From the NCBI GenBank assembly GCA_044224875.1, contig JBGAJQ010000003.1:47529-111528 (forward strand): 64,000 bases of DNA. Direction: 5' to 3'. The position numbers and the translations under genes are program-made. Source of the stretch: Gemmatimonadaceae bacterium. GTDB taxonomy: Bacteria; Gemmatimonadota; Gemmatimonadetes; Gemmatimonadales; Gemmatimonadaceae. Below, piece by piece: positions 31,753 to 41,260 of the stretch; position 1 is the stretch's first letter, and each line of letters begins with the position of its first letter. The notes under the pieces were generated by a model. That model saw nothing but the letters and a program-made list of their open reading frames with translations, was not told where the DNA came from and made no database searches.

Positions 31753-32685
31753 TCAGTCGCCTGCTTCGACGGTGTCTTGGCGGCGGTTGAAGAAGCGGCT
31801 AACACCAGCCCCGATCTCCTTCGCCGCTGACACCACGGGGAGTACCTGCTGTTTCACGAAGCTCAGTGGCAATTCTTCTGTCACGCCGTACGCCTCCGGC
31901 ATGGCCTTCGGGTCGTAATGGAACGTACCGAAGACGTGGTCCCAGAGCATGAAGGTGTTGCCGAAGTTCGTGTCGTAGTGCCTCGGATCGACCGAGTGAT
32001 GGACGCGATGGGCCTGGGGCGTGCACAACACGTACGTCAGGCGCCCGAGGTCGATGCGGATATTCGCGTGGGCCAGGAAGTCGACGGCCATGAAGATGAC
32101 GCCGAACGGCGCCACCAGATCCGTCCCCAGCAAGAGCACCGCCGTCAAGTGCAACGGCGTGTGCACGAAGTACTCCAGAATGTGCATCTGGAAGACGGAA
32201 CTGAAGCTGAGATTCGTGGTCGCGTGGTGGACCTTGTGGAAGTTCCAGAGAATCGGAATCCGGTGCATCAGACGGTGCGACCAATAGGCGGTGAAGGTCG
32301 CCACGAGGATCGCCAGCGGCATGTACAACGCCAATGGCATGGTCTGGTCCAGGTGCAACGATGGGAGGCCGGCCATGAGCCAACCCTTCCGGATGAGCGG
32401 CGTGACCACCAGCGTGTACACACCCATTTTGCCCGCCAACAACAGGTACGTCGTGCTCAGCAGTGTCGCGCGATTCCACGGGCGCTTTTGAGCGGGCAAT
32501 AAGAACTCGGCCAGCGCAAACCCGATCAGCAGAAATCCGTACCCGTAACCCGGGACGATCAGCCATCGAAGGAACTCAAAGTCCTTTGGCGGCAGCCAGC
32601 TGGGGCTGAAGATCCAGCCGACCGCCAACTCGAGTGTGTGCGCTACGGACTGCATCCAGTCAGGCACGCCGTGCTCCCTGTCCAA
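31753..32685 (-). CDS. Sterol desaturase/fatty acid hydroxylase family protein
   Basis: His boxes HRLMH, HKVHH, HAN, HRVHH; NFG...WDHVFGT. Confidence 0.9.
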   Translation of the reverse strand: MDREHGVPDWMQSVAHTLELAVGWIFSPSWLPPKDFEFLRWLIVPGYGYGFLLIGFALAEFLLPAQKRPWNRATLLSTTYLLLAGKMGVYTLVVTPLIRKGWLMAGLPSLHLDQTMPLALYMPLAILVATFTAYWSHRLMHRIPILWNFHKVHHATTNLSFSSVFQMHILEYFVHTPLHLTAVLLLGTDLVAPFGVIFMAVDFLAHANIRIDLGRLTYVLCTPQAHRVHHSVDPRHYDTNFGNTFMLWDHVFGTFHYDPKAMPEAYGVTEELPLSFVKQQVLPVVSAAKEIGAGVSRFFNRRQDTVEAGD

Positions 32686-32747
32686 GTAGTTTGACGAATT
32701 CGCTGCATCCTGAGTGCCAAGCTGGCGCCACTCCAGCTCAACGCGCG

Positions 32748-33341
32748 CTACACTGCGGGTCTCTCAACCGCCTTGTGCTCCAGGCGTGCCTGGATTCCGA
32801 CGACCACCCACACGACGAGGAACACCATCACGGGCCATAGACCGACCGCGGTCGAGACGCACATCGCACCCTTCTTCAGGTTCGCACTCGACAGCGCAGG
32901 GACCTGTCCTGCGCCTTCGAACGAACATGCGACAGGGAGTGAGCTGTAGCCATAGCCAAACCACGCCAGTCCCGCGGCAGAGACAATCCAAAGGGCCGTG
33001 CGCGCGTGCGTGGGACCAACAAGTCGTCGAGCAATCTCCGTGACCCTCTGAACGATGCCGGTGCGGCTCTCGGGAGCCGGTGCTACCACCATGATCCAAC
33101 CGAGCGCCGCAAGCGGTATGGCCAAAGTGAGCGGGATGAGGTCGATATCCCACACCACGCGATCCCATGTAGGGAGCCGCTCTGTGAACGCCCAAAAAAG
33201 CCACACGCCGATGGGCGACAGGAGAAGCGCGACGGCAGGTCCAATGAGGCCGCGGCGCCACAGGTGATGGCAAGCGACCACGACGACGACATAGGTCAGG
33301 GATAGGTAGAGGCCGAGCAACCGATCAAGTGCCGCCAACAA
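32748..33341 (-). CDS. Hypothetical membrane protein
   Basis: About 5 hydrophobic segments; RBS gagg upstream. Confidence 0.55.
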   Translation of the reverse strand: MLAALDRLLGLYLSLTYVVVVVACHHLWRRGLIGPAVALLLSPIGVWLFWAFTERLPTWDRVVWDIDLIPLTLAIPLAALGWIMVVAPAPESRTGIVQRVTEIARRLVGPTHARTALWIVSAAGLAWFGYGYSSLPVACSFEGAGQVPALSSANLKKGAMCVSTAVGLWPVMVFLVVWVVVGIQARLEHKAVERPAV

Positions 33342-33532
33342 TGGACCTCACGATAGGGGTGCGTGCATACGCTTGCTCTCCCGCGGTCATAGCGCAAGGC
33401 GACCGGCTCGAGCGCGATCGCACTGCCGCCCGGCTCAACGGTTGATGTGCAATGCAGGATCGGTGTCCGGTGGCCTTGTCGGGCGTCGATGACGCGTGCT
33501 ATCCTGCCGCTCCCACTTCCCCAGGCGAACCC

Positions 33533-34996
33533 ATGCGGGCCACCATGCGGGTGCTCGAAGCGACACTCCTTGAACGCATCGTCGATGAGGCGATGACGCT
33601 CCTCGAGCGCACGGGTGTGTTGATCGAAGATCCCCACGCGCGGAAGCGTCTGGAGTCGATCGGGCTTTCCGCGGACTCCGAAACACATCGGGTGAGGCTG
33701 TCGCGAGAGGTGGTGCAGCAGGCGCTCGCGACGGCTCCTTCCGCAGTGTCGCTGCACGACCGCGACGGCAACCCAGTGGCCAACGTTGGCGGCAATCGCG
33801 TGCATTTCGTGCCGGCTTCCTCGGCCCTGCGGATACTCGACCGACGCACGCAGCAGGTGCGGGAGCCCAACTCCGCCGATTTCGCCGAGTACGTGAAGCT
33901 GGCGAATGGGCTGAAGAACATCTCGTACCTCTCGACAGCGTTCATTCCCAAGGACATTCCGCAAGACGTTGCCGACGTGTGGCGATTGTACCTGGTGATG
34001 GCGCATTCGAAGCGTCCGATCGTGTCCGGCGCGTTCACCGCCTGGGGGGTGCCGCGCATGGGCGAAGTGATGAGCATGTTTCGGGGCGGCAAGGACGACC
34101 TGGTGGCTCGGCCCATGTCGATCTTCACGGTGTGCCCGAACACGCCGCTCCGTTGGGGTGAGGATCCGATCTGCAACCTCATGGACTGCGCAGAGTGGGG
34201 TATTCCAATCGAGATTGTCCCGGTCTTGCTCCTGGGCATGATATCGCCAGCCACAACGGTTGGGGCCCTGGTGTTGCATACGGCGGAGGTGCTTTCGGGT
34301 CTGACGATCGCGCAACGTGTCCGGCCAGGCACGCCGGTCTTGTTCGGTGGAGCGCCGGCGTCGTTCCACATGCAGCTGATGAGCAATCCGATGACGGCGG
34401 TCGAGGCGTTGCAGCTATACTGCGCGTACGCCGAAGTCGCGAAGTTCCTGAAGCTCCCCTGTCAGGCGTACATGGCGCTGTCCGACTCGAAGTTCAACGA
34501 TCCGCAGGCTGGCATGGAGACAGGCGTGGGCGCGTTTCTGGCCGCGCTCGCCGGCATCAACTCGGTGTCTGGGCCGGGCATGCTGGACTACGTGAACTGC
34601 TTCTCCCTGGAAAAGCTCGTGTTCGACGACGAAGTCGTGGCGCATGCCCAGCGTTTCATCCGCCCGGTCGAGGTCAAGGAAGACTTGCCGGCGATGCCGC
34701 TGATGGACGAGCTGGTCCGCGACAAGCACCTGCTGATGTCCGAACACACGCTGGCCCACTGGCCCGAGGAGTTGTACCTGCCGGGGCCGATGATCGACCG
34801 CACCAATTGGGACCAGTGGGAAGTGCAGGGCTCGCGCGACTGGCGCGCCCGCGCGCTGGAAGTGATCGACGAAACCCTCGCCGCCTACGACGTCGAACCG
34901 CTGGCATCGGCCATCACCAGGGAAATCCAGGGACTCATCACCAAGACGTGCCAGGAGTCCGGCTTTGCCGTCCCCGCCTTCGACGCGATCCGATGA
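33533..34996 (+). CDS. Trimethylamine methyltransferase (MttB/MtgB superfamily), non-pyrrolysine
   Basis: LLERTGV, NTPLRW, SPATTVGALVLHTAEVLSG, RPGTPVLFG, ALSDSKFNDPQAGMET, GMLD...SLEKLVFDDE; no in-frame TAG. Confidence 0.9.
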   Translation: MRATMRVLEATLLERIVDEAMTLLERTGVLIEDPHARKRLESIGLSADSETHRVRLSREVVQQALATAPSAVSLHDRDGNPVANVGGNRVHFVPASSALRILDRRTQQVREPNSADFAEYVKLANGLKNISYLSTAFIPKDIPQDVADVWRLYLVMAHSKRPIVSGAFTAWGVPRMGEVMSMFRGGKDDLVARPMSIFTVCPNTPLRWGEDPICNLMDCAEWGIPIEIVPVLLLGMISPATTVGALVLHTAEVLSGLTIAQRVRPGTPVLFGGAPASFHMQLMSNPMTAVEALQLYCAYAEVAKFLKLPCQAYMALSDSKFNDPQAGMETGVGAFLAALAGINSVSGPGMLDYVNCFSLEKLVFDDEVVAHAQRFIRPVEVKEDLPAMPLMDELVRDKHLLMSEHTLAHWPEELYLPGPMIDRTNWDQWEVQGSRDWRARALEVIDETLAAYDVEPLASAITREIQGLITKTCQESGFAVPAFDAIR

Positions 34997-35652
34997 CCGA
35001 CTACGCCCAGATGAACCAGGCCCTGTTCGAAGGGCAGCATGAAACGGTCAAGCAGATGACCGAGACCGCGTTGGCCGAAGGACGCGCGCCAAACGAAGTG
35101 CTGGAGGAAGGACTGATCGCCGGCATGACCGTGGTGGGCGAGGACTTCAAGCACAACCGCATCTTCGTCCCCGAAGTGCTGCTGGCGGCCCGCGCGATGA
35201 AGGCAGGCATGGCGGTGTTGCAGCCGCTGCTCACCGACCGCTCGGGCGCCAGCAGCTCGGCGGGAACCATCGTCATGGGCACGGTCAAGGGCGACTTGCA
35301 CGACATCGGCAAGAACCTGGTTGGCATGATGGCCGAGGGGGCAGGCTTCACGATCGTCGACCTCGGCACGGACACCTCAGCCGAGCGCTACATCGAAGCG
35401 GTCCGAAAGCACAACGCGAATATCCTGGGAATGAGCGCGCTGCTCACGACCACGATGATCTACATGCGCACCGTGGTGCAGGAGATGAAGGCCGCCGGAC
35501 TCGCCCACGTGAAGATCTGCGTTGGAGGCGCGCCAGTCACCGGCGACTACGCCACCCAGATTGGAGCTGACGGATACGCCGCGGATGCGGCCAGCGCGGT
35601 GGAATTGTTCAAGCGTCTGGTGGCGCAGCAGACGATGCCTGCGTCGGCGTGA
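34993..35652 (+). CDS. Stand-alone corrinoid (cobalamin-binding) protein
   Basis: Cap domain LIAGMTVVGEDF...FVPEV; B12 motif DLHDIGKN...SALLTTT...VGGA. Confidence 0.95.
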   Translation: MTDYAQMNQALFEGQHETVKQMTETALAEGRAPNEVLEEGLIAGMTVVGEDFKHNRIFVPEVLLAARAMKAGMAVLQPLLTDRSGASSSAGTIVMGTVKGDLHDIGKNLVGMMAEGAGFTIVDLGTDTSAERYIEAVRKHNANILGMSALLTTTMIYMRTVVQEMKAAGLAHVKICVGGAPVTGDYATQIGADGYAADAASAVELFKRLVAQQTMPASA

Positions 35653-37313
35653 TCCCGGGAGGTTCAACCGCCATCGGGACCTCCGCGGTATCCGTCGCCA
35701 TCGACGGCCGGACCATGGAGGCGGCCGAAGGGCAGAGCCTGTTCGAATGCGCGGAAGCGATGGGTGTACGCATCCCGACCTCCTGCCTCAAGCTCGGCAA
35801 GTGCCGTGAGTGTCTGGTCGAAGTCGAGGCTGGCATGGAGTTGCTCACGCCCCCCGCAGCTCAGGAAGGACACCTCGACGGCAACTTCCGGCTCTCGTGT
35901 CGCGCGCGCCTGCTTGCCGGCGACGGCATGGTGCGCTGTCACACCCTCCGCCGCGGCGCACTACGAATCGAGACGGAAACAGCGGGGCTGGCGGCTGGAC
36001 GCGCCCTGGATCCCGCGGTGCGACGGGATGGCCGCACGGTGCTGTGGAACGGAACGCCAATCGCCGAGTGCGATGCAAGCGCGCCGCTACACGGCATCGC
36101 GATCGATGTCGGCACCACGACCGTTGCGTTGCGGCTGTATGACCTGGAGTCAGGCGCCCTGCAAGCCACACAATCGTTCGAGAATCCCCAGCGCTTCGGT
36201 GGATCGGACATCATGGCCCGCATCCGATACGATGGAGAACACCGCGGGCGACTGCTGCGACGAACCCTCTTGGCATACCTTGGCCATGCCATCGAGAACC
36301 TGCCCGTTCCCAGCGACACGATCTTCGAACTCGTGATCGTGGGTAACCCGACCATGCGCGACCTCCTCTTCGGGCTGGACGTGCAGCCTATTGGCCAGAT
36401 GCCCTATCGGTCGGTCACCGAGGCGCAATTGCTGAACGGCACCGTGCTGACCACGAGCCTGACCATGCTCGCGCGCAAGCTTCGGCTGCCAGTACACTGG
36501 GAGGCGCGTGTCTATGGGCTCCCCCTGATCGGTTCGCATGTTGGAGCTGACGCGGCGGCCTGTGTGCTGGCTACGGGGTTGGCGGAGTCGGACGATGTCA
36601 CGGCAATCATGGACATTGGCACAAACACCGAAGTCGTCTTTGGTAACCGTCACAAGATCCTTGCCGCATCGTGCCCAGCCGGACCGGCCTTCGAAGGAGG
36701 TGGCATCTCCTGCGGCATGCCGGCGTTGGAAGGGGCGATCGAACGCGTGCGGCTGAACGAGGATGGCGTCGCCGAGATCCGTGTGATCGGGGCCGGTGCG
36801 CCGGTGGGCGTCTGCGGCTCCGGACTGGTAGACCTGATTGCCGAGTTGCGGCGGACGGGTCGCCTCAACGAACAGGGCCGGTTTGCGGACGATACCCACG
36901 CCTTTGTCCTCGACGCTTCGCGACGGTTGCAGTTGACGGAGTCGGACATCAACGAACTGGCGCAGGCGAAGGGCGCGAACGTGGCCGGACTGCGAATCGT
37001 CGCCGACGCCTGGGGCCTGCCATTGGCCGATGTTTCCCGCATCGACCTCGCCGGTGGATTCTCGCGGCATCTGGACATCGCGGGCGCCCAACGCATCGGC
37101 CTACTACCCGACGTCGCACCAGGCCGCTTGCGCCAGGTAGGGAACGCGGCACTCGAAGGAGCTTCGATCGCCCTCCTCTCCGCGTCTCGCCGCGCCACAC
37201 TGGAAGGACTCGTCAGGCAGGTCGAACATGTTCGACTGGAGACCGATCCCAAGTTCTTCGACGTGTTCGTTGACGGATGCCAATTCGTGCCCTTTGGCGG
37301 TGCCGGCACATGA
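35649..37313 (+). CDS. ASKHA-domain ATP-dependent corrinoid reductive activator (RACo/RamA-like, DUF4445) with N-terminal 2Fe-2S domain
   Basis: CLKLGKCREC...RLSC; IDVGTTT; NPQRFGGSDIMARI; DIGTNTE; AGPAFEG; GVCGSG; LAGGF; GNAALEGA. Confidence 0.92.
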   Translation: MIPGGSTAIGTSAVSVAIDGRTMEAAEGQSLFECAEAMGVRIPTSCLKLGKCRECLVEVEAGMELLTPPAAQEGHLDGNFRLSCRARLLAGDGMVRCHTLRRGALRIETETAGLAAGRALDPAVRRDGRTVLWNGTPIAECDASAPLHGIAIDVGTTTVALRLYDLESGALQATQSFENPQRFGGSDIMARIRYDGEHRGRLLRRTLLAYLGHAIENLPVPSDTIFELVIVGNPTMRDLLFGLDVQPIGQMPYRSVTEAQLLNGTVLTTSLTMLARKLRLPVHWEARVYGLPLIGSHVGADAAACVLATGLAESDDVTAIMDIGTNTEVVFGNRHKILAASCPAGPAFEGGGISCGMPALEGAIERVRLNEDGVAEIRVIGAGAPVGVCGSGLVDLIAELRRTGRLNEQGRFADDTHAFVLDASRRLQLTESDINELAQAKGANVAGLRIVADAWGLPLADVSRIDLAGGFSRHLDIAGAQRIGLLPDVAPGRLRQVGNAALEGASIALLSASRRATLEGLVRQVEHVRLETDPKFFDVFVDGCQFVPFGGAGT

Positions 37314-38044
37314 CGCTCCTGCGCGAAGCCACACCATCGGCGTCGGAGCTGGCGAGCGCCGTCACGGACCGGGAGTTCGCCCGCCTCTTGTCCTGGCCAC
37401 GCGAGCGTCCATTCGATGGACTCGTCGCCGAGCGTGTGGCGGGCGCCCGCGCGTGGTATGCCGCCTACGGCGATCCGTGGGTGGCGTCTCGTCGTGTGGG
37501 GCTTCGAAGTGTGGAGCCCAACGCCGTGACGCTCGACACGGGCGCCGTTTTTCACGGATTTGATTTTGCCCGGCGATTGCTGGAGGGTGGGGCCCACGCT
37601 GCCATGGCGGTCGCAATCACCGCTGGGAGCCGGGTGGAGGAAGCGTCGCGTCGTCATTGGAGCGAGGGGCGCCCCGATGAGGGCTACTTTCTCGATCGCT
37701 TTGGGGCCGCGGTCGCCGAGGAGCTTCTTCGCTGGGCGTCCCTATGGGCGTGCCGGGATGCCGAGTCCGCTGGTGAGACCGTACTTTTCCATCTGAGCCC
37801 CGGGTGTGGCGGTTGGCCCTTCGAGGAGCAGCCGACGCTGATGGGAATGTTGGCGGACGGCGCCACGCGTCTTGGTCGCGTCACCATGCTCGAATCCGGC
37901 GGACTGACGCCGGGTCATTCGCTGCTGGCCGTGTTGGCCCTGACGGGGAACCAGGTGGCGCCAGAGGCGGCGCGCGATGCCTGTCGCAGTTGTGATCTTT
38001 TCCGGTGCACGTTCCGGCGTGCGCCGTTTCGGAGGTTGTCATGA
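37310..38044 (+). CDS. Methionine synthase (MetH) reactivation-domain-like protein
   Basis: AITAG..VE, YFLDRFGAAVAE, LSPGCGGWPFEEQ, LTPGHS, C-terminal CRSC-x4-C-x2-R. Confidence 0.7.
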   Translation: MTLLREATPSASELASAVTDREFARLLSWPRERPFDGLVAERVAGARAWYAAYGDPWVASRRVGLRSVEPNAVTLDTGAVFHGFDFARRLLEGGAHAAMAVAITAGSRVEEASRRHWSEGRPDEGYFLDRFGAAVAEELLRWASLWACRDAESAGETVLFHLSPGCGGWPFEEQPTLMGMLADGATRLGRVTMLESGGLTPGHSLLAVLALTGNQVAPEAARDACRSCDLFRCTFRRAPFRRLS

Positions 38045-38967
38045 GTGGCAAGGCGTTGCTGGAGGCACTCGCCCAGCGGGTGTTGTTGAGTGACGGTGCG
38101 ATGGGCACGCAACTGCAAGGCGCGGGCTTGGAGAGCGGTGGCTGTGGCGACGCCTGGAACCTTGACCATCCCGATCGCATCATGGCCATCCAGCGCCGCT
38201 ACGTTGAAGCTGGATCGGACTGCCTCATCACCAACACGTTCGGCGGTTCACGGGTGATGCTGGAGCGTTATGACGAGGGCGCACGGGTCGAGGCGATCAA
38301 CGAGGCGGGTGCACGGGTCGCCCGCGCGGCGTTCGGAGGCCGGCCGGGGTTTGTGCTGGGAGACATCGGTCCGTTTGGAGGACTGATGGAGCCGTACGGG
38401 GACATTCCCCGGGCCACCGTGGCCGCGGCGTTCCGCGAACAGGCCCGCGGACTCGCGGCGGGGGGTGTGGACGCGATCATCGTCGAGACCCAGACTTCGC
38501 TCGAGGAATTGCAGCTGGCGATAGAGGCCGCCCGCGAGGCTGGGGTGGACGTCGTGATCGGCTCCCTTGCCTTCGACAAGATGCTCGACGAGTGGGACGT
38601 GCGGACGATGATGGGCGTAAGTCCCGAGATGGCCGCCGAGTTTCTCACGGCGCAGGGGGCCGATGTCGTCGCGTTGAACTGCGGCACCGGTCTGGACATG
38701 GCGCTCGCCGCCGACGTCGTTCGGCGCTATCGCTCCATCACGGGACTGCCGATCATGGCACAACCAAACGCTGGGAACCCCGAGCTGATCGACTTCGAGG
38801 TCGTGTACCACGAGACGCCGGAACAGATGGCGGCCGGCGTGCCCGGATTGATAGAAGCGGGAGCCCGCATTGTTGGCGGCTGTTGCGGCTCCACGCCCGA
38901 CCACATTCGGAAGTTTCGCGCGGTCATCGACGCGCATGAAGCCGCCAAGGCGGCAGGGAGGAACTGA
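38041..38967 (+). CDS. Homocysteine S-methyltransferase domain protein (stand-alone MetH Hcy module)
   Basis: DGAMGTQL, TNTFG, GDIGP, ET, ALNC, PNAG, VGGCCGSTPDHI (Zn ligands). Confidence 0.93.
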   Translation: MSGKALLEALAQRVLLSDGAMGTQLQGAGLESGGCGDAWNLDHPDRIMAIQRRYVEAGSDCLITNTFGGSRVMLERYDEGARVEAINEAGARVARAAFGGRPGFVLGDIGPFGGLMEPYGDIPRATVAAAFREQARGLAAGGVDAIIVETQTSLEELQLAIEAAREAGVDVVIGSLAFDKMLDEWDVRTMMGVSPEMAAEFLTAQGADVVALNCGTGLDMALAADVVRRYRSITGLPIMAQPNAGNPELIDFEVVYHETPEQMAAGVPGLIEAGARIVGGCCGSTPDHIRKFRAVIDAHEAAKAAGRN

Positions 38968-39299
38968 TGCGGGTGATCCTGCCCGTCGACGCCGCGAAGG
39001 CGGAGACACTATTGCCCGAGAAGCAGCCGGACGGTTCTGGCGTGGGCATCAACTACGCCGATGCGCTGCTCAAGCCGGTGAAGCTGACGCTGGAAGACGG
39101 CCGCAAGGTGGCAGTGAAGCGGCGCGGCCTCAAGCTCACGTTGACCATTGGTGACAAGACCGGGACGGCCTTGTTGCGCCGGTTGGATCACGGGCCCGAC
39201 GTCCGGCGCATCTTCCGTGCAGCGCTTCGCGAGGCCGCTGCAAACGCCGGTGCGTCCGTCGATCAGGATGCGGATGGGACGTGGGTATTGGAGTGCTGA
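38967..39299 (+). CDS. Hypothetical protein, last gene of the methyltransfer operon
   Basis: TGATG overlap with the upstream gene; 110 aa. Confidence 0.7.
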   Translation: MRVILPVDAAKAETLLPEKQPDGSGVGINYADALLKPVKLTLEDGRKVAVKRRGLKLTLTIGDKTGTALLRRLDHGPDVRRIFRAALREAAANAGASVDQDADGTWVLEC

Positions 39300-39384
39300 T
39301 ACACTTGTGACGGCGCGTCGCGGTTGAGCGTACCGCCGGTACATCTGCCGTGCTGAGCGTGTTGACGCGCCCTGACGCTTAGCG

Positions 39385-39798
39385 TTAGGCGAGGCGCGTC
39401 GAGAAGATCCCGCGAACATCGTCACCCACACGGGTCAGCTTCCCCGTCGATCGGCTGACGGGGCACCACAAGGTGCGGCCCTTCGCCAGGACCTTGCCGT
39501 CGGCAGCTCGGACAATCTCGGTGAAGCGCTCGAACTTCAGTGCCTCCGCAAACCCGACCCAGGTGCGGGCGATCACGCCCTCACCCAGGCGGGTCTGGTG
39601 CTTGTAGTCGACCTCGTGGCGGATCGCGAACCAGACCAGTTCTTCCTGTTGCTCAGGCGTTGCGGCTGAGCGCCAGTGGGCGATGGCGACGTCCTGGATC
39701 CAGCGCAGGTACACGATGTTGTTGACGTGCCCCAGCTCGTCGATGTCCTCAGGGAGGACATCGATCGAGATTTCATAGGGCGGGTTGGCCGGGTCCAT
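39385..39798 (-). CDS. Acyl-CoA thioesterase (hotdog fold, 4HBT-like)
   Basis: DIDELGHVNNIVYLRW motif. Confidence 0.92.
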   Translation of the reverse strand: MDPANPPYEISIDVLPEDIDELGHVNNIVYLRWIQDVAIAHWRSAATPEQQEELVWFAIRHEVDYKHQTRLGEGVIARTWVGFAEALKFERFTEIVRAADGKVLAKGRTLWCPVSRSTGKLTRVGDDVRGIFSTRLA

Positions 39799-39819
39799 GT
39801 GCGAGCGGAGAAGGGTGGT

Positions 39820-40836
39820 TCACTTCACACCCAACTGTTTCTTGAGGAACGCGACCGTCTTTGGCCACGCATCCTTCGCGGCGGCAAGATTCGCCTGCTC
39901 CTCCGCCTCGTCGCGCGTCGCCTTCGGGTCGTTCTGGGCGCGTAAGAACCCGTGCACGGCGCCCTCGTAGTTGATGCCGGTGTAGTCCTTTCCCAGCTTC
40001 TTCATGACGGAGTCCAGCTGCGGCATGGCAGCGCCAATGCGAGCGTCCTTCGATCCATTCAACAGCATCACCGGGACTTTGATCTTGGCGATGGAATCGG
40101 CGACGATGGTGGCGGGAACGGCGGCTGCGGTGGCGGTGGCCGGCGACCCACCACTGGTGTACGGCAGCCCATAGAAGGCCACACCGCCAGAAAAGCCCTT
40201 CACTCCGCCGTTCACTGCATGGAAGAAGGTCGTTGCTCCGCCCCAGCAGTAGCCGATGACGGCGTATTTCTGGAGCGCGGCGGGCAGCATCATGGCGTAG
40301 TTCGCGGCCGCGATGACGGTCCGGTTTCTCTGCGCGGCATCCACGCCGCGAATGAGCTTCACAGCGGTGTCGGACTTCAGTTCTTCCGTGCTCGGCCCAC
40401 CACGCACCAACGACAGGAAGTCCGGTGCGATGGCGATGAATCCGTCAGCAGCAACCTGATCGGCCACGCCACGGACCCATGTCGAAAGCCCGAAGATTTC
40501 GTGGACCACCACCACGACGGGCGCCTTGCGGTTCGCGGACGGGTACACCACCCACGCCATGAGCGAGTCGGACGATCCCGGTTCGTAGGCGATCTTCACC
40601 CATTCGCCGTGTCGCGGACTGGCCTGCAAACGGGCTGGCGCCGAAAGGTTGCTCGCTGGCAAGCCGGCCACGCCCTGTTGCGTTGCATCTGACGATGAGG
40701 CTGCCGGCGCGAGCCGATCGGCCGCGGACATGTGCGCGGTGTGATCGTCCATCGACCGCAAGGGCGAGGCGGTCGAACGAGGCATGGTGCAAGCCGACAG
40801 CACCGCACCGGCGAGGACAAACGAACGACGAAGCAT
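39820..40836 (-). CDS. Dienelactone hydrolase family protein (lipoprotein-like signal)
   Basis: HEIFGL, GYCWGG, YEGAVHGF; N-terminal LSAC. Confidence 0.9.
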   Translation of the reverse strand: MLRRSFVLAGAVLSACTMPRSTASPLRSMDDHTAHMSAADRLAPAASSSDATQQGVAGLPASNLSAPARLQASPRHGEWVKIAYEPGSSDSLMAWVVYPSANRKAPVVVVVHEIFGLSTWVRGVADQVAADGFIAIAPDFLSLVRGGPSTEELKSDTAVKLIRGVDAAQRNRTVIAAANYAMMLPAALQKYAVIGYCWGGATTFFHAVNGGVKGFSGGVAFYGLPYTSGGSPATATAAAVPATIVADSIAKIKVPVMLLNGSKDARIGAAMPQLDSVMKKLGKDYTGINYEGAVHGFLRAQNDPKATRDEAEEQANLAAAKDAWPKTVAFLKKQLGVK

Positions 40837-41087
40837 GGCTGGACTCCCGGACCGAAAATTGGAGTTGCGAGATGGACCACCTTGCTCGGCGAAAACACAG
40901 GCGTCGCCGGCCGGATTCCAACAAATGACATGCGTGTTCGATGGGCAAGGGGCACGAACGTTCGAGAGGAGGGTGTGGGCCTGGGCCCGGTCGGCGTGCC
41001 AGGGACGCCGAGGAGTTCGGCACTCCAGCCATCAGCCGGATGTTCGGCGCGGTTGGGAATTGATCGGAGCCCGTCAGGGCGAGCCGA

Positions 41088-41101
41088 CGCAACCGATTGC
41101 G
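41088..41101. promoter_or_regulatory. Candidate LacI-family operator upstream of the malQ operon
   Basis: CGCAACCGATTGCG, near-perfect palindrome with central CG, about 160 bp before malQ. Confidence 0.4.
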
Positions 41102-41260
41102 GAGACCGTTGCACGCGATCGAAGGGCCGCCTCCCCGCGGCAATCGGATTTTCACGGGAGAATGCCTGTTGCCGCCAAGGTAGCGCCGGTCGATCTTTGC
41201 GCGCGTCGCGACGGCCGTGGTCGTTTACGCGATGTGACCTTCCGCACCCCATTCGCTTCG

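Noticed and set aside
33342..33532. Cobalamin or SAM riboswitch upstream of the methyl-transfer operon
   Set aside because: No recognisable B12-box or SAM-I core in this short divergent gap; an Rfam scan would be needed to exclude it formally.
34478..34480. Pyrrolysine (in-frame TAG) in the MttB-family gene
   Set aside because: The ORF is uninterrupted; the position just before SDSK, where MttB has Pyl, is CTG (Leu). No pyl genes are in the window.
31742..39382. Absence of the GCCTAACG octamer over 7.6 kb as evidence that the methyl-transfer region was horizontally acquired
   Set aside because: With mean spacing of about 2 kb, one gap this long is not improbable. No integrase, tRNA or flanking repeats were seen.
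40784..41260. N-terminal extensions in the ORF track (malQ, acs, aquaporin, corrinoid protein from 34195, GH13 from 43600, YceH from 61883)
   Set aside because: Family homology begins at downstream starts that have RBSs or stop/start overlaps; the extensions overlap other genes or are non-homologous.
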